A DNA stretch of 64,000 nucleotides from assembly GCF_026571515.1 (NCBI RefSeq), contig NW_026852935.1, positions 62,001-126,000 on the forward strand, written 5' to 3'. Each line of letters opens with the position of its first letter. The stretch's first letter is position 1. The position numbers were made by a program, and so were the translations under genes. This stretch comes from Ruditapes philippinarum. Lineage: Eukaryota. The notes under the pieces are model-generated. The model was not told the origin of the DNA. It did no database searches and saw only the letters and a program-made list of their open reading frames with translations. Shown in pieces: positions 24,661 to 37,000 of the stretch.

Positions 24661-25274
24661 CTGTATGTGTAGAAATATTCGCGGGCTTCAAATTTTCGCA
24701 ATTTTCACAGTGACATTCGATTCGCAAATTCATGTTATTAGCGTGAATATTTCTACATCAATAATTTCTTAATAGTCATATTTTCGCGCTTCTATAAAAC
24801 AATGTATATCAGCGTGTGATATGCTTTTAGACTTTTTATTTAAATATTAACAGAGTAATTGTGATTTGTTTTCAAAGTTATTCATCATTTAAAATCGTTT
24901 ATGTATGTGTTGTTTTTAATAGTTTGTTCAGAAAAACCAAAACATGATCTGTTCAGATGTCAAGACGTTTATGATGACGCAAACTGTGAAAAATTATGTA
25001 CGTTAACGGGCATTCTTTTGTTTGCTATAATCTGTCCGCTAGACAATATATTTTTTCTGTACAATAACGTATTGTTTGAAACCTGGTATTGAAAATAACT
25101 GTGAACTCCCACGATGATTACAGTAATTTTGCCTTTTTTAATCTGTGTGATCTACGCGAATTTATGATTCGTCAGTCACATCCGCGAATTCAAAATAGCG
25201 CGAATATTTGTATAGACCCCCAAAGTGGACCTTTCCGCGAAAATTTGCTTCCGCGAATTTAAATACACATACAG
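24661..25274. mobile_element. MITE with TA target duplication (Tc1/mariner-superfamily type)
   Basis: TA|ctgtatgtgtagaaatattcgcgg ... ccgcgaatttaaatacacatacag|TA, with many internal tcgcg/cgcga subterminal motifs. Confidence 0.85.
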
Positions 25275-28200
25275 TAATTGATTAATGATCCTATGATCAA
25301 CGCATTTAACCCATTTGCGAATGTTTGAATAATATCTATAACTTTATACAATACTCAACTTTGTTTGTCCTAAAAGCTAGTCACAAACATTTTTAAATTT
25401 TAATGTGTATTGCGATCTTCATATGTCCTTTTAAAAACTATTCTCAATGTTTTGTAAAACACTGTATACACTATAATAAACTGTGTTGATTTCAATGTTA
25501 AACATTGTGCGATGTGTTATTTATCTCTGCATATGTATATATGAACGGCAACAAATACTGACGCTTCTAGCAAGAAAACGTTTGTAAATAGCGTCAGCAC
25601 GATTACAATTGAAGAATTTTTAATTTTAATTTTTCTTTTAGATATTTACGTGAACTTTGAATTGATTATAAACATCATAATTGTGTATAAAATTGCCAGT
25701 ATCTCTAAAAATGTTTATGTCAATAAAGATGACAATTTCCCTTAAATTCAAGCTTTTTTTATTTTGCAAATGCTATATTTTCAATAAATCAATAAAACTA
25801 GTGAAGCTAATCACTACAAGAACATTGCATTATTCACTATGGTTTAATATTGCTTATTAAATATGTTATCATTCAGTAATATACATTATGTACTATATCA
25901 TTTTAGCGAAGATCATGTTTTTCTTTATCACAATTGAAAGCCTTGGTGGTATGTGTTATTCTTATGTAAAAGAACATTATAAACATGTTTGTTAGTCTAC
26001 AACAGCTTGCTATACTATTGACAGTTTTCAAATTAAACTACATTTAGCCTTTATTGTTCATTTATTTCATTGTTTCATCATAGAAAATTCTCAGTTGGTA
26101 AAACTTTACAACCCACAAAGATATAATTTAGAACAAAAAAATCATAGTTTTACTCTTTGGATCATTTATTTTCAGATAAAACGTCACATTTTTGAACTCT
26201 TATGAAAACAGTTTTCTTTGGAGAAGGAAGGGTTTTTTAGAATCATAATGCTAACAAATGAATTGCAGCCAACTGGGTAAAAACGAAACAACTTTGGGAC
26301 ATGTCTGGGACTTTTTTCAAATAAGATTACAGACGAGTAGACTTAAAATTTAGAAGTTGAAATAAGAAAACGCATGCTATCGTAACTTCTGTTGCATTTA
26401 TTAATGATTTACAGTCTATAAAAACACATCTTTACTTAAAAGTGATAATAATACATGTACGTTGATTTGAACTTGTTTGTTTTTATTTGCTGTATTTGTA
26501 TTATATTTTTGTTTGTTTATTTTATGCACAATTCTCATTTTAACTGAGAGTGTGAACGCAAACTCTAAATGTAAACTATAGCTTTCGACATCTTATTAAT
26601 TAGCCAATATCTGATCTAATGCTTTGCAGATGTTGTTGTCATGAATGATTTTTACGAGACAACCAACCATATGAAATAAAATCAAAACATCATAATAGTG
26701 TCTGTTCAAGTTAAGTTGCAAGTAAGTCACTGATTCTAACAACTTGATATTTGATTGCTTTTTAACTTGCCAGTTCTGAACACAAAACAAACGACGTCAA
26801 AATATATTTTCATATTTTGTACGTCTAAATTACGGACAGCCTCAAATAGCAACCAGCTCTAGTAACACCCGCACGAGTCTGATATAGCAACGTCATGCCA
26901 ATTTGAATTATATTGCTTTAATACGATTCTGATAAAAGTATGGAGAAAATATAGATATTTGAGCAGTGTAGTGGATTCATGAAAAGCAGATCATAATTTG
27001 GACAATAGTAATTGAAAGTGATAAAATTGTCAAAGACGTTGGATTGAGGTATTTTACTTTGTCTGACTTTTTCATTCTATAAATTACATTACGCATCATA
27101 AGAATAACTTTGAAAAACTCTTTTTATTTACATGTATGAGAAATCAAACTTTCATAAAGCTGTCTTTATATTTTACAAACAAATAAGACAGATATCTCTA
27201 TAAACGAGTAAGTTGTCTGTTTTCATCTCTTTTGTTAAAAACGATTATTATGCACGAGAGAACCCATATGTAAGATTTGCCGGCCAACAAAAGATACTGG
27301 GAATTGAAAGTTACATGGTTAGCCAAAATTATTGTCTTAGTTGATTTATATGTTACATAAGCTGGATATTCAATAGGATAAAAAGATTTATTGTCAAGTA
27401 AAAAGCAAAACTGTAAATATTATCAAAGCTATAGCTTGAAACAACCAATACCTAGCAACAAGCAGTAGCATTAACTTTTGCATTCAGTTGTTTTTGCATT
27501 GATGCATTGAAGTCGGTGAATATCATATACACGCTGTATTCTCCGGAGATATATTATATTACCGAAAGTGTATCCCTCTTTACATTTAAACCATGTTTTT
27601 CGTTGATAACCCTCTCGAAATAATTATGTTCATTGATGAAGGCCTTGTAGAAAGCAAAAGTACCCTTCTAAAAGAAACACTTTTCAATCAAATTCATCGT
27701 CGGCAGTGGTATGACTAGCTGCCATACCGGTCGCTGGCACCCATGTCAGCAGAGCTCAATATTTAAATCTTATAATACTTTTTCCGTATATATAATATAT
27801 TTTATACATCAAAGTCCTCCAAAATAGGTATATTGGGATCATATTTAATTTTGGTATCAATCTTAGCTCAATGCTAATAACTTGAAAGTTTTGTCATAAT
27901 ATGTAGTCACATAGCATGGGTCTTCAATTAGTTAAGACAGAGTTTTAGATATATAATTTAGCCATTGTGTCTGATGAAGGTGACATTCAGGAAAAAGTAA
28001 ACCTTCACACAGTTATATCTGACTCTCAATATGATATTTGTTGCATGTCTGTTTCACATTTATCTATAAGAAAGACAAACTTTAAGTGAAAACAGTCTAA
28101 CAATTTAAAACGTCTCTCAAAAACTGCACTTAAAACTAGACAGGAACAAAGCTATAACAAATCTTATGTTTGTTATAATGTTAATTCTTTACTTTTCCCA

Positions 28201-28785
28201 TGCTATATAATCATCATTCTGTTATCAACATTTCAGCATAGGGTAATTGAAACAATAAATAAATGTATTAATATTGCATCAGGTATTATATTAGATATCA
28301 GTAGAATAAATCATATCATGGATTGCACTTTTCACTATCCTGTCAGTACACATTTTGACTTTTAAACGTAATGAAAGTTTTGTTTCATTTTAAAGATGGC
28401 CAAGTCCATTTGATATATCTATAATGGTAAAGGAAAATATATTGAGCTTTATTATTACGGAAAGATCTGTCTATGTTAAGGATCATACGTAGATGAGGCA
28501 AAATTCAAAGTTATCATTTTTTGAAGGCAGCAACAATTAACGAACAGTGTTATACAATATAATTTTGATAAGTACAGAAATGATAAAAGTCTATGGTAAT
28601 GATTATCTCTTTTGCATATCATACAAATTAGAACAAATGTTATCACCTGTCTAGTATACTTTATTCACCATTTACTTGTAAGCAACCTTTTGTTGCAAAT
28701 GGGACTTCATCTAATTACTGGAACTGCAAGAGGTTAAAATTTCAGCCAAATTCTCATTTTCTTACCAGTTTGGTATCCAACATGC

Positions 28786-28952
28786 GAAACAAGTTCGTGT
28801 AACTTATATTAATCACCTTCCTTCGAGTCCGCTTCCTTGAACCAACCAGTACTGGTATCAAATGACGAATCATGGTCATGAGCCGATTAGGGGCCGAACC
28901 TATGATTCTTAGGTTGAGAGGCAGACACCTTAACCACTAGACCTCCGCTCCC
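28786..28952 (-). mobile_element. tRNA-derived SINE (paralogous copy at 51252-51415)
   Basis: The - strand reads gggagcggaggtctagtggttaaggtgtctgcctctcaacc...ggttcggcccc (A and B boxes), then ccagtactggttggttcaaggaagcggactcga. Confidence 0.85.
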
Positions 28953-30094
28953 CTACATGACAAGACGCTGAATCGTAATAACCCTAGACAAAATGACATA
29001 ATAAATCATGGAAAACTTATAGGCTTGCGAGAAACGATATTTTTAGCAATATGTTATAAATATTTTCAACGACCTCCTGATTTGATGGTACCCCCCCCCC
29101 AAAAAAAAATAATAAATAAATGAAAAAAAAGCAAAAAAAAAAAGCAAACAAACAAAAAAACACACAACCCTTTTATTGGAAAACAATTATCGCTGTTAGA
29201 AACTATTTTGTCAAACAAGCAATAACAATAAACCATTTAAATATAAAGCATAAACTTCAACGTTTACATATATTGCGTTTATTGTCAAAGTATTGCAAAT
29301 TTTTCTGGCGTGTAAGGGATATTGTATGTCAGAGAACAAAGATAAATGGTAAACAAATAGAATTCTATATCAATCATCAATATCTATATCAAGTTTTCAA
29401 ACGTTGTTTGCACATTTAATACTGAGTTATTAGGCAAATTACTCAATACTTGACTTGTGTAATAAAATATGACAAAGAAAACAATTTAAAATAATCTGAT
29501 GAAATATTGTATATCACCTCTAGGAAACCGTTTACGACGGGAGGAATTAACTTGACAAATATATCACAAACGAAAGAAAACGTAAAGGTGAGTTAAACAT
29601 TGCATTCTCGCCTTTCAACCGTACCAATTAACATTTTATATATCTCAATCAAGATCTATCTCTATTTATTTTTGAAATGCTCATTAGAAATATCCTTCGC
29701 TTAGAATATGTACGTATATTCATTCACAACAGCAAGTAATTTTTAAACTTTTTGTTATGCATATTTTTTCATAACTCTAAGTTTTTAAATTTCAATCGTT
29801 ATAGTAAAAACATATTTCATTACGAACATTTTGCACAAACAAAATTTTCATACACCAATGAAATAAAACAATACAATTTGAAAAACAGGATCAGACGCAA
29901 AAAGACAAATCATCTGTCAATTGCCGGGGAAATAAAGTATTTGTTTGTCATTGCAGAAGTACAAAGCTGTGGAGAAGATCGAATTTTCATTTACTTTGGC
30001 ACACATATAAGAATGATGTTTGTTTGTACGAACAAATTATCCATTTTAATGTCATTTTCGATCAAATGAGCTATTATTTACGAGCGATCACATA

Positions 30095-30992
30095 CAGTCA
30101 ACTATCGTTATCTCGGCATCGCTTTTCTCGATATTTCGTTATCTCGATGAAATTTTGAATGTCCCGATTTTCTTCCCTCTTTATCTATATTGGAAATATG
30201 TGTTTATCTCGATATTTTTATTTCGATATTTTCAGTATCTCGATGTAAAATTTCAGCCCAAACAGTTATTTTCACATTATTATTCTTTGTTTATCTCGAC
30301 AAATAGTTTTCTTTCGTCTGTTCGATTTAGACGTGTGAAAAACACAAACTAGACGATAATTGCTCAATAGCGCGTGTCATAATGATGATTATGTTTGTAA
30401 CAAGTTTAGCTGTTTTTATAAAAGATAATCTATTTAGCGGTTGACTTATGTCCAAAATGAATGACTTTTACGTTCTTTATAAATATTCGAACACTGTATC
30501 AATTCATTATGACTGTAAATTTAAATGAAAAAGTGAAAGTCTTTAAATGTAAATGAAAAAGTGAAAGTATAGAAACGCTATCGTTGCAATATTGTTTGAC
30601 AACATCGCCACCAAATCACTCAGCGGTCGAACAATCCCGAGAAAGACCCGATTACTAACCCGGGTGCATATCCTGATTAACCACCCTGAAAACAATGTTT
30701 TCACTATATTGGTGTATTACTGAGTATAGCTCATAATGTGTTTTTATCACAGACACCCGTATTTCCGCTGGTAAACATCCGCTAATGTTACTTTGTCAAA
30801 TATTGACTAGGCCTATGAAAACAAGACATGGGATATCATAGAATCATAGTTTATTTGACATACGGTATGCACATGTCTTTTGTAAAAATCAGTTTCTGCC
30901 TTATTCAAACCCTAATATGTTTATCTCGACATTTCGTTATCTCGATATTTTTTGGACGGTCCCGATGACTTCGAGATAACGAGAGTCGACTG
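30095..30992. mobile_element. pogo/Tigger-like MITE, TA TSD
   Basis: TA|cagtcaactatcgttatctcg ... cgagataacgagagtcgactg|TA, with repeated ttatctcga motifs. Empty site gatcacaTAtgtacaattt at 40661-40679. Confidence 0.92.
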
Positions 30993-33784
30993 TATGTACA
31001 ATTTGCATTGAAACAAATGATGCTTGGAATTGAAGTTCACATTGATGAACACATTCCATGTCTAAGTTTCTTTCATTTATTTACCATTACATAGGCAAAA
31101 GATATAGTGTATGGATGAAACAGATTAATATCAAATAATATTAATAAAGAAAAATTGATCAAAGATAAAGTTGATAACAATCAAAAGGCAATCATTTGGA
31201 GACAGTTTTTTGCGTTGGATAATGCTTTATTTAATGAATTTGTATTCTCGGAAGATACTATATTATTGACTACATATTGTTCATTAAAAATAGACAAAAG
31301 CATTGTTTGACTTTGATAGGTTTTTAACTGCCGACCATTAGACATCTATATCAAACTGCTATTTTTCGAAGATGTAACATAAAAGCTTTGCAGATTCAAC
31401 TATGAGTGAACATAGGTTACACTAGCGTTTTAAACAAAGACATTTTTTCGGACATGTGCGATACCAGCGAGTTAAATCTCGAACATATTTCGTAGTCCGT
31501 AGCATGAGTTGAAATAAAATCCCATGCAGTATATTATTCACTAATAATTGTATATTACAAGTGTTGTCAAACATAGAGTGACATTAAAAACCTTTATAGC
31601 CTTTTTATGCAAAAGAAAAGTCTAGATATAGAATTTATTGCATACTCTATGTGACATATGCCGTCAAAGATATCTCATTTATAGTTTTATAGTATCTTGA
31701 TTGCAGCATAATACATTTTGTTGATGTAAATGTTAAGATACATTTATTAGGCGCATATGTAAATTTTGACACTTTCAGAATGTAATTTTTGAAATGAATT
31801 TTGCAAGTCGCACAAGTTTATCTTAACAGTGCACCATTTCAATGGAAATCATACAAGGTGACAATTCTTTTAAGCATCTCTATTGTATATGCGATTGTCA
31901 ATACCTTCCTAAAAGATTATTGCCAAATTTTACTTAATTCGCATTTGTATATACGTTTTTTTCTCTCGTTTCAATAAATAATTCCACAAATGACATATCC
32001 TTCTTTCATAAGGACAATGTAAGTTGTATCCCCTTTTGTATTTTTATTTCTTTTTGCTTATTTACATGTTTCCCACTACTGTAGGTTTTCATATAGTTTA
32101 TAATTTTAGCGAATACCAATGCCTTCATAAATCAGCTTTGATACTAGGAAATAAAGTTTGAATTGTTTGTCCTAAAATAAACATAACGTCTAGATATAGA
32201 ATTTATTGCATTTTATATGTGACATATGCTGTCAAAGATATCTCATTTATAGTTTTTTAGTACCTTGATTGCAGCATAATACATTGTGTTGATTCAAATG
32301 TCAAGATAAATATATTTATTAATATAAATTATATAAATTTATCTATCTATTGCTATTGTAAGAAAGATTTACCAAACAGTTTACTGTGCATGTACATTTA
32401 TCTTAGATTTAAACTCATGATAGAAAATAATGTATAACAGATTTATAAAGATGAATGTTCACATGCAAAAACGTATATATTTTTTTAAATTAACGCAGGA
32501 AAAAATAAGTAAATAATCAACACTGGAAAACCTTAACAGGCAGGATGAATTCTTTCGGAAAACAATCACAATTTAAAACGAGTAAAAGCGAAGTTGGCTT
32601 TCCATAATATACATTTAATTTTATTTTAGTCTCTGACTATCGCGTGTGTTATTTTTCATCGCTCATTAGGGATATTCTCCTCTTAGAAAATGTGTATGTG
32701 TATGCACAACAGCCAGACAGACTTTAAATAAATTTATTTGATAATGGTTCAAGGTTTCTGTAAACGTCCGTTACGCAAAAAGACAAAGCAACAATTAACT
32801 GCCACGTGCCGAGACAAAATAAAGTATTTTTGTATCGTAGCTGGTGCTCAAGTTACTGATATAACATGCCATTTTACGTGTTAAACTATTTCAGCTATTC
32901 CCATATATCAAACGAATGTGTATCTTGTTAAATAAAGAAATTAATCATTATAATTATATTTTAAGACTTGTGAAGTTCTATATTAAAAGCAGGTGTGTCG
33001 TGCACTTGATTTGATATTAACGCTGAACTAGGTTATGCAGTTTTAATGGAAATGGAAACCTTGAAATTTTGCCAAACACGGCGAAGTTAAAAGATCATAG
33101 TATGTTGTCACATAAGATACAAAATGAAGTAGTTGTTGTTTTTTTGTTTGAAAATAAAACACTTTGGAGTGATTTCCTTGAACGTTGGCATACAAACAAG
33201 ACTGATGTCTTATTATACGACTTAATTATCTGTTATGTGGTCTCTTTTGTTCTGAACGGCTATTATTTACGGGCGATCCCATATGTACAATTTGCCTAGA
33301 AACAAATGATGTTGGGAATTAAAATCGACATTGTTGTAAAAATTGTTTGTTTTATTTTGTTTGTTTCTTCAGTATTCCGAAGATTTATATACGATGAAAC
33401 AGATTTATGTAAAGTTATTAAAAAAGTAAATTATATTACATTTTCAATTTGAAACAAGAAATACAAAGAGCAGTCGCAACCATTTTAGATACATCTATTT
33501 TCCATTTATTTCATTGCATTGTAAATACGATATAATGGATTGGGTAAGATAGAATATACATAAGAGCCTATATATAAAAACCTTTTAAATATTTTATACT
33601 TATCACAATTTAATTTAAAACTCGGGGCGAATGACTTTCTATGGTTGACAAAAAGCATTTTACCGTTCGCAAATAATTTCTATTGATCCAGTTAAAAGAC
33701 ATGTGTCAAAATATTCTTGTATTATAGTTCGGGAACCTTTCTGTTGAAAACGTGTCATAGTTAAATCAAATACATATACATGCA

Positions 33785-34080
33785 CAGTGCGTAAACTGGA
33801 GTGCAGTTATTAGTTACCCGCAAACCCATTGATTGGCTCATTTTTGCTAGGGGTTAACTTATTACGACGACAAGGAAAGGGAAAGCGAAAGCGAAAAAAT
33901 ATCATATTCAGATGCTCGTTCATTGGCTACTTTCTTCTTGGGTATCATATTGTGACGACAGGGAACGCGTTTTTATGTTTTACTATGATACAAAAGAGAA
34001 AGAACATCAAACACTCGGCGATCAGATTCGTACTCGTGGGCTACGCCCCCATCGTACAAATCAGATAGATATGAATTTCG
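33785..34080 (+). mobile_element. Short Helitron/Helentron-like non-autonomous element (second copy at 43525-43815)
   Basis: 5' inverted pair ctggagt...actccag (complete in the 43532-43563 copy). gattggct motifs. 3' hairpin gattcgtac...gggc-tac-gccc...gtacaaatc. Confidence 0.55.
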
Positions 34081-37000
34081 ATGCTCTTTCTTTTACCTAA
34101 TCAATGAAAATAAATTCAAATGAAATTATTCACCAAGAAGCAATCTCATCATAATAAAAAACATCGATATAAAGGTGGAAAATGTCAAAATATTACAGTT
34201 AATGAAGTATTCAGTCCATACTTCAATGGTTGACAAAAAAACATTTTACCGTTTGCGCAGATTTTTCTGTTAATTTAGTTATTTCGACTAAAATATTAAT
34301 TGAAATAAGATTCGTCATCAAAAAAAGTATCATTATCATAACTAGTTGAATGTTTACAAGGCAATGTGTCACAATATTAGTGTTTACGAAGAATTTTGCG
34401 AAATTTAAGGCTTGCTATTTTGAGTAACAGATCGATAATGAAAAAGTCGGACCTAGGTAGAGTTAGACATTATTTTAATTCCATGGACAGTCTAGTAGAC
34501 TAGTTCTCATTTTTTAATACATTTAACCCTTATGAAACTTTATTCTTGTTAAAATAGCAGCGAATATCGCGTATTTGAGAAATACGTAAAGAAGTGTTGC
34601 ATGTGGATTATAATATAAGCCCTTATGAGATTATGAGATAAGATTTTCAAGCACCGATAGTTTTGAAATAAGTAATATTTACTTAGTCTAACTTTACTAT
34701 CCTGTTAGAGAGATAATTAGATCCAGTGATACTCTCCGAAGTAAGTTGTTATTCCCGAATTATTATTCTTCATTAAGACAAAGGAATAGTTTCAACACAT
34801 ATGATATATTTTCATTAAATTTAAAAGTTTAAACACCCTTCGAAAGTAATATATTACAAGTGTTTCGGGTATTGTGTCATTTGAACTGTTAAACAATTTC
34901 AACTATTCTCATATATTACACCAATGTGAATGTGTGTGCTTAGTCTTTTTACTTATTAAATAAAAGATCTTTTTAACTTGTGAAGTTCTTATTAAAAGCA
35001 GGTGTATTTTACTATTGATGTGACACAAACGCTGATTAGGTTTGCATTCTTAATGAAACGTAGACGTGAAAGATCGGCGAATAATGTTGAAACTGTCGGT
35101 CATCATTAAAAGTCACATTACACGGGATTTTCAATTTTCATCCTATAAAGTTTTTTTTTGTGGACCATTCCAGTAAGCTAAATGAGGGTACTTCAGGAAA
35201 AAAGAAATAGTCTTTAACGCAGTTTTATCTGACTTGCAATATGCTATGACAGCGTCTGCCTTTCATGAGATAAGACAGAAATTGTATATATACACCTAAA
35301 CCAACTAAACAACAGCAATTTATAAAAATTCCAGTCATAAAATATTATTTAAAGCTCATCGTAATTTATGTAATATTTACTTCATGCATATATACCCTAA
35401 TTCCACAGGCCTTATAAATACTATCAATTAGTTACTTATCACTTTTTTCAATCAACATGTGTTATGTTAAGACCGATTAAAAAAATCCTAGAATCCAAAT
35501 GAATTCTGAGAACATTTTTGAAACAGCCAGCACTGACAAATTAAAGCAACTCTTTCATTCGATCACAACAATGAGCTATTAAACTAGAAAAGTCTCTTTG
35601 TCATGTTTGATAGGTATTCACAGAAACTTATAAGTATTTAATACACAAGGCATTTTTTATATCAGAATTATATGTGGTGTAAATTATATCATGGTCTGCA
35701 CTGCAGTTTACTCAGTGCAATTTTTGGAATTGGTCCTAATAATAATGAATGCTTTTGTGCATTTTGAAAGAAACAAGCAAAAAATAAATAATAAAATATA
35801 GAACAAAACAATAATGCATAGGTAATTCTTATAACGAAAAAGTCCAACATTTATCTTAAAATTAATTATATCTACTCAATAAGGACACTTTTATTTGGAG
35901 GGTACTGTAAAAGACTGAGATAGATTAATAACATTTGTTATATAAATCAAATCATTAAACGACATTTATATACCTTAAAAGTCATGTATTGGATGTGATG
36001 ATTTGTCAAATTTTAGATCAATTCCCTGTTCAAATATGATAAATACATTTCTTAGAAAATGTGGCACATAAGCACGTTAGGTTATGCACAGTCCTAATAC
36101 TCGCACATCTAGAATAATCAATTTCACAATTTTTTAAAAAGGGACGACTCTACTTTTCCCCCACAGTGGATGTAAAACAACTTCATGTCTTATTTCATGC
36201 CTTTCGAAGTTATTTTTAACAGCTGTTTATGATAAACTGGCCTTGAAATGAAAGGAAACATTATTGATTCACTACTACTTAAAGCCGGCTCTTTCACATT
36301 TTGTTAATGGCAACCTAATCATTACAATCCTCGACCAGCCAAACAAATAAACATATCCGATTTAAACGAACATGGTTGTTTTTCAAAATCAAAGAATATA
36401 TGTCTGGAGGAGCATTTTTCTTTATTTATTTTGGATGCAATTCCGTTTAAAAATACCACATGACAACGCTGCTAGAAGGTTGGGACAATATGCTAGGCAT
36501 GATTAATTGGGTCACTATTAACTTCATAGAAGAGAAATCATTCAAGATGTGCAATTTCGTGGAAGAAAATACACGAATTGATGTTTGAATAAAGTTATAA
36601 AGTTGTAGCTACGTCATTATGGAGAATTCGTATCGAAATTGTATCCAAATGAAAATCTTAACGACAATAAATCTTGTCGCTAGATAGAAAATGTTTGAAA
36701 AATGTGTCAGTTAACCGCTCATCTCTGAACACAGCAGGATTACAATTGAAGAATTTTCCACGTAATTGTTTAAAGATATCTGCGAGAACCTAGAATTGCT
36801 TTAAAACACTATAATTGTGTATAAAATTGCTAATATCTCCAAAATGTTTATACATGTAGCAATAAGGATGACAATTTGCCCTACAAAACAAGTATTAATT
36901 CATTTTAATTTTTTTTATTTTGCAATGTAGGATTTTCATTAAATGAAGTGCAACTAATAACTTTAAGAACACCGCATTATTCACTATGGCTTAAAATTGC

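Larger units (their letters stand above)
18820..29190. repeat. Large tandem segmental unit, copy 1 (~10.4 kb)
   Basis: Anchors shared with later copies: gcaataacaataaa.catttaaata (18862/29219/51998); gattacaattgaagaatttt (25601/36738/48853, gataac in copy 3); gaaaa(a)gtaaacctt (27991/38881/50508); gttgcaaatgggactt (28692/39538/51195). Confidence 0.85.

Noticed and set aside
26722-26773. Conserved GTAAG...ttt(g/t)ccag mini-intron in all three units
   Set aside because: Only 46-52 nt, probably too short, and the spliced product has no consistent open frame.
28870-28952. tRNA genes (also at 15038, 51340 and 51750)
   Set aside because: A/B boxes are present but no full cloverleaf, and each continues into a SINE body or tail.
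33829-34068. Similar ORFs at 33829 and 43574 (also 29752/52662 and 38157/49790 region)
   Set aside because: The similarity follows from the segmental duplication. They show frameshifting indels between copies, mostly non-ATG starts and no domain features.
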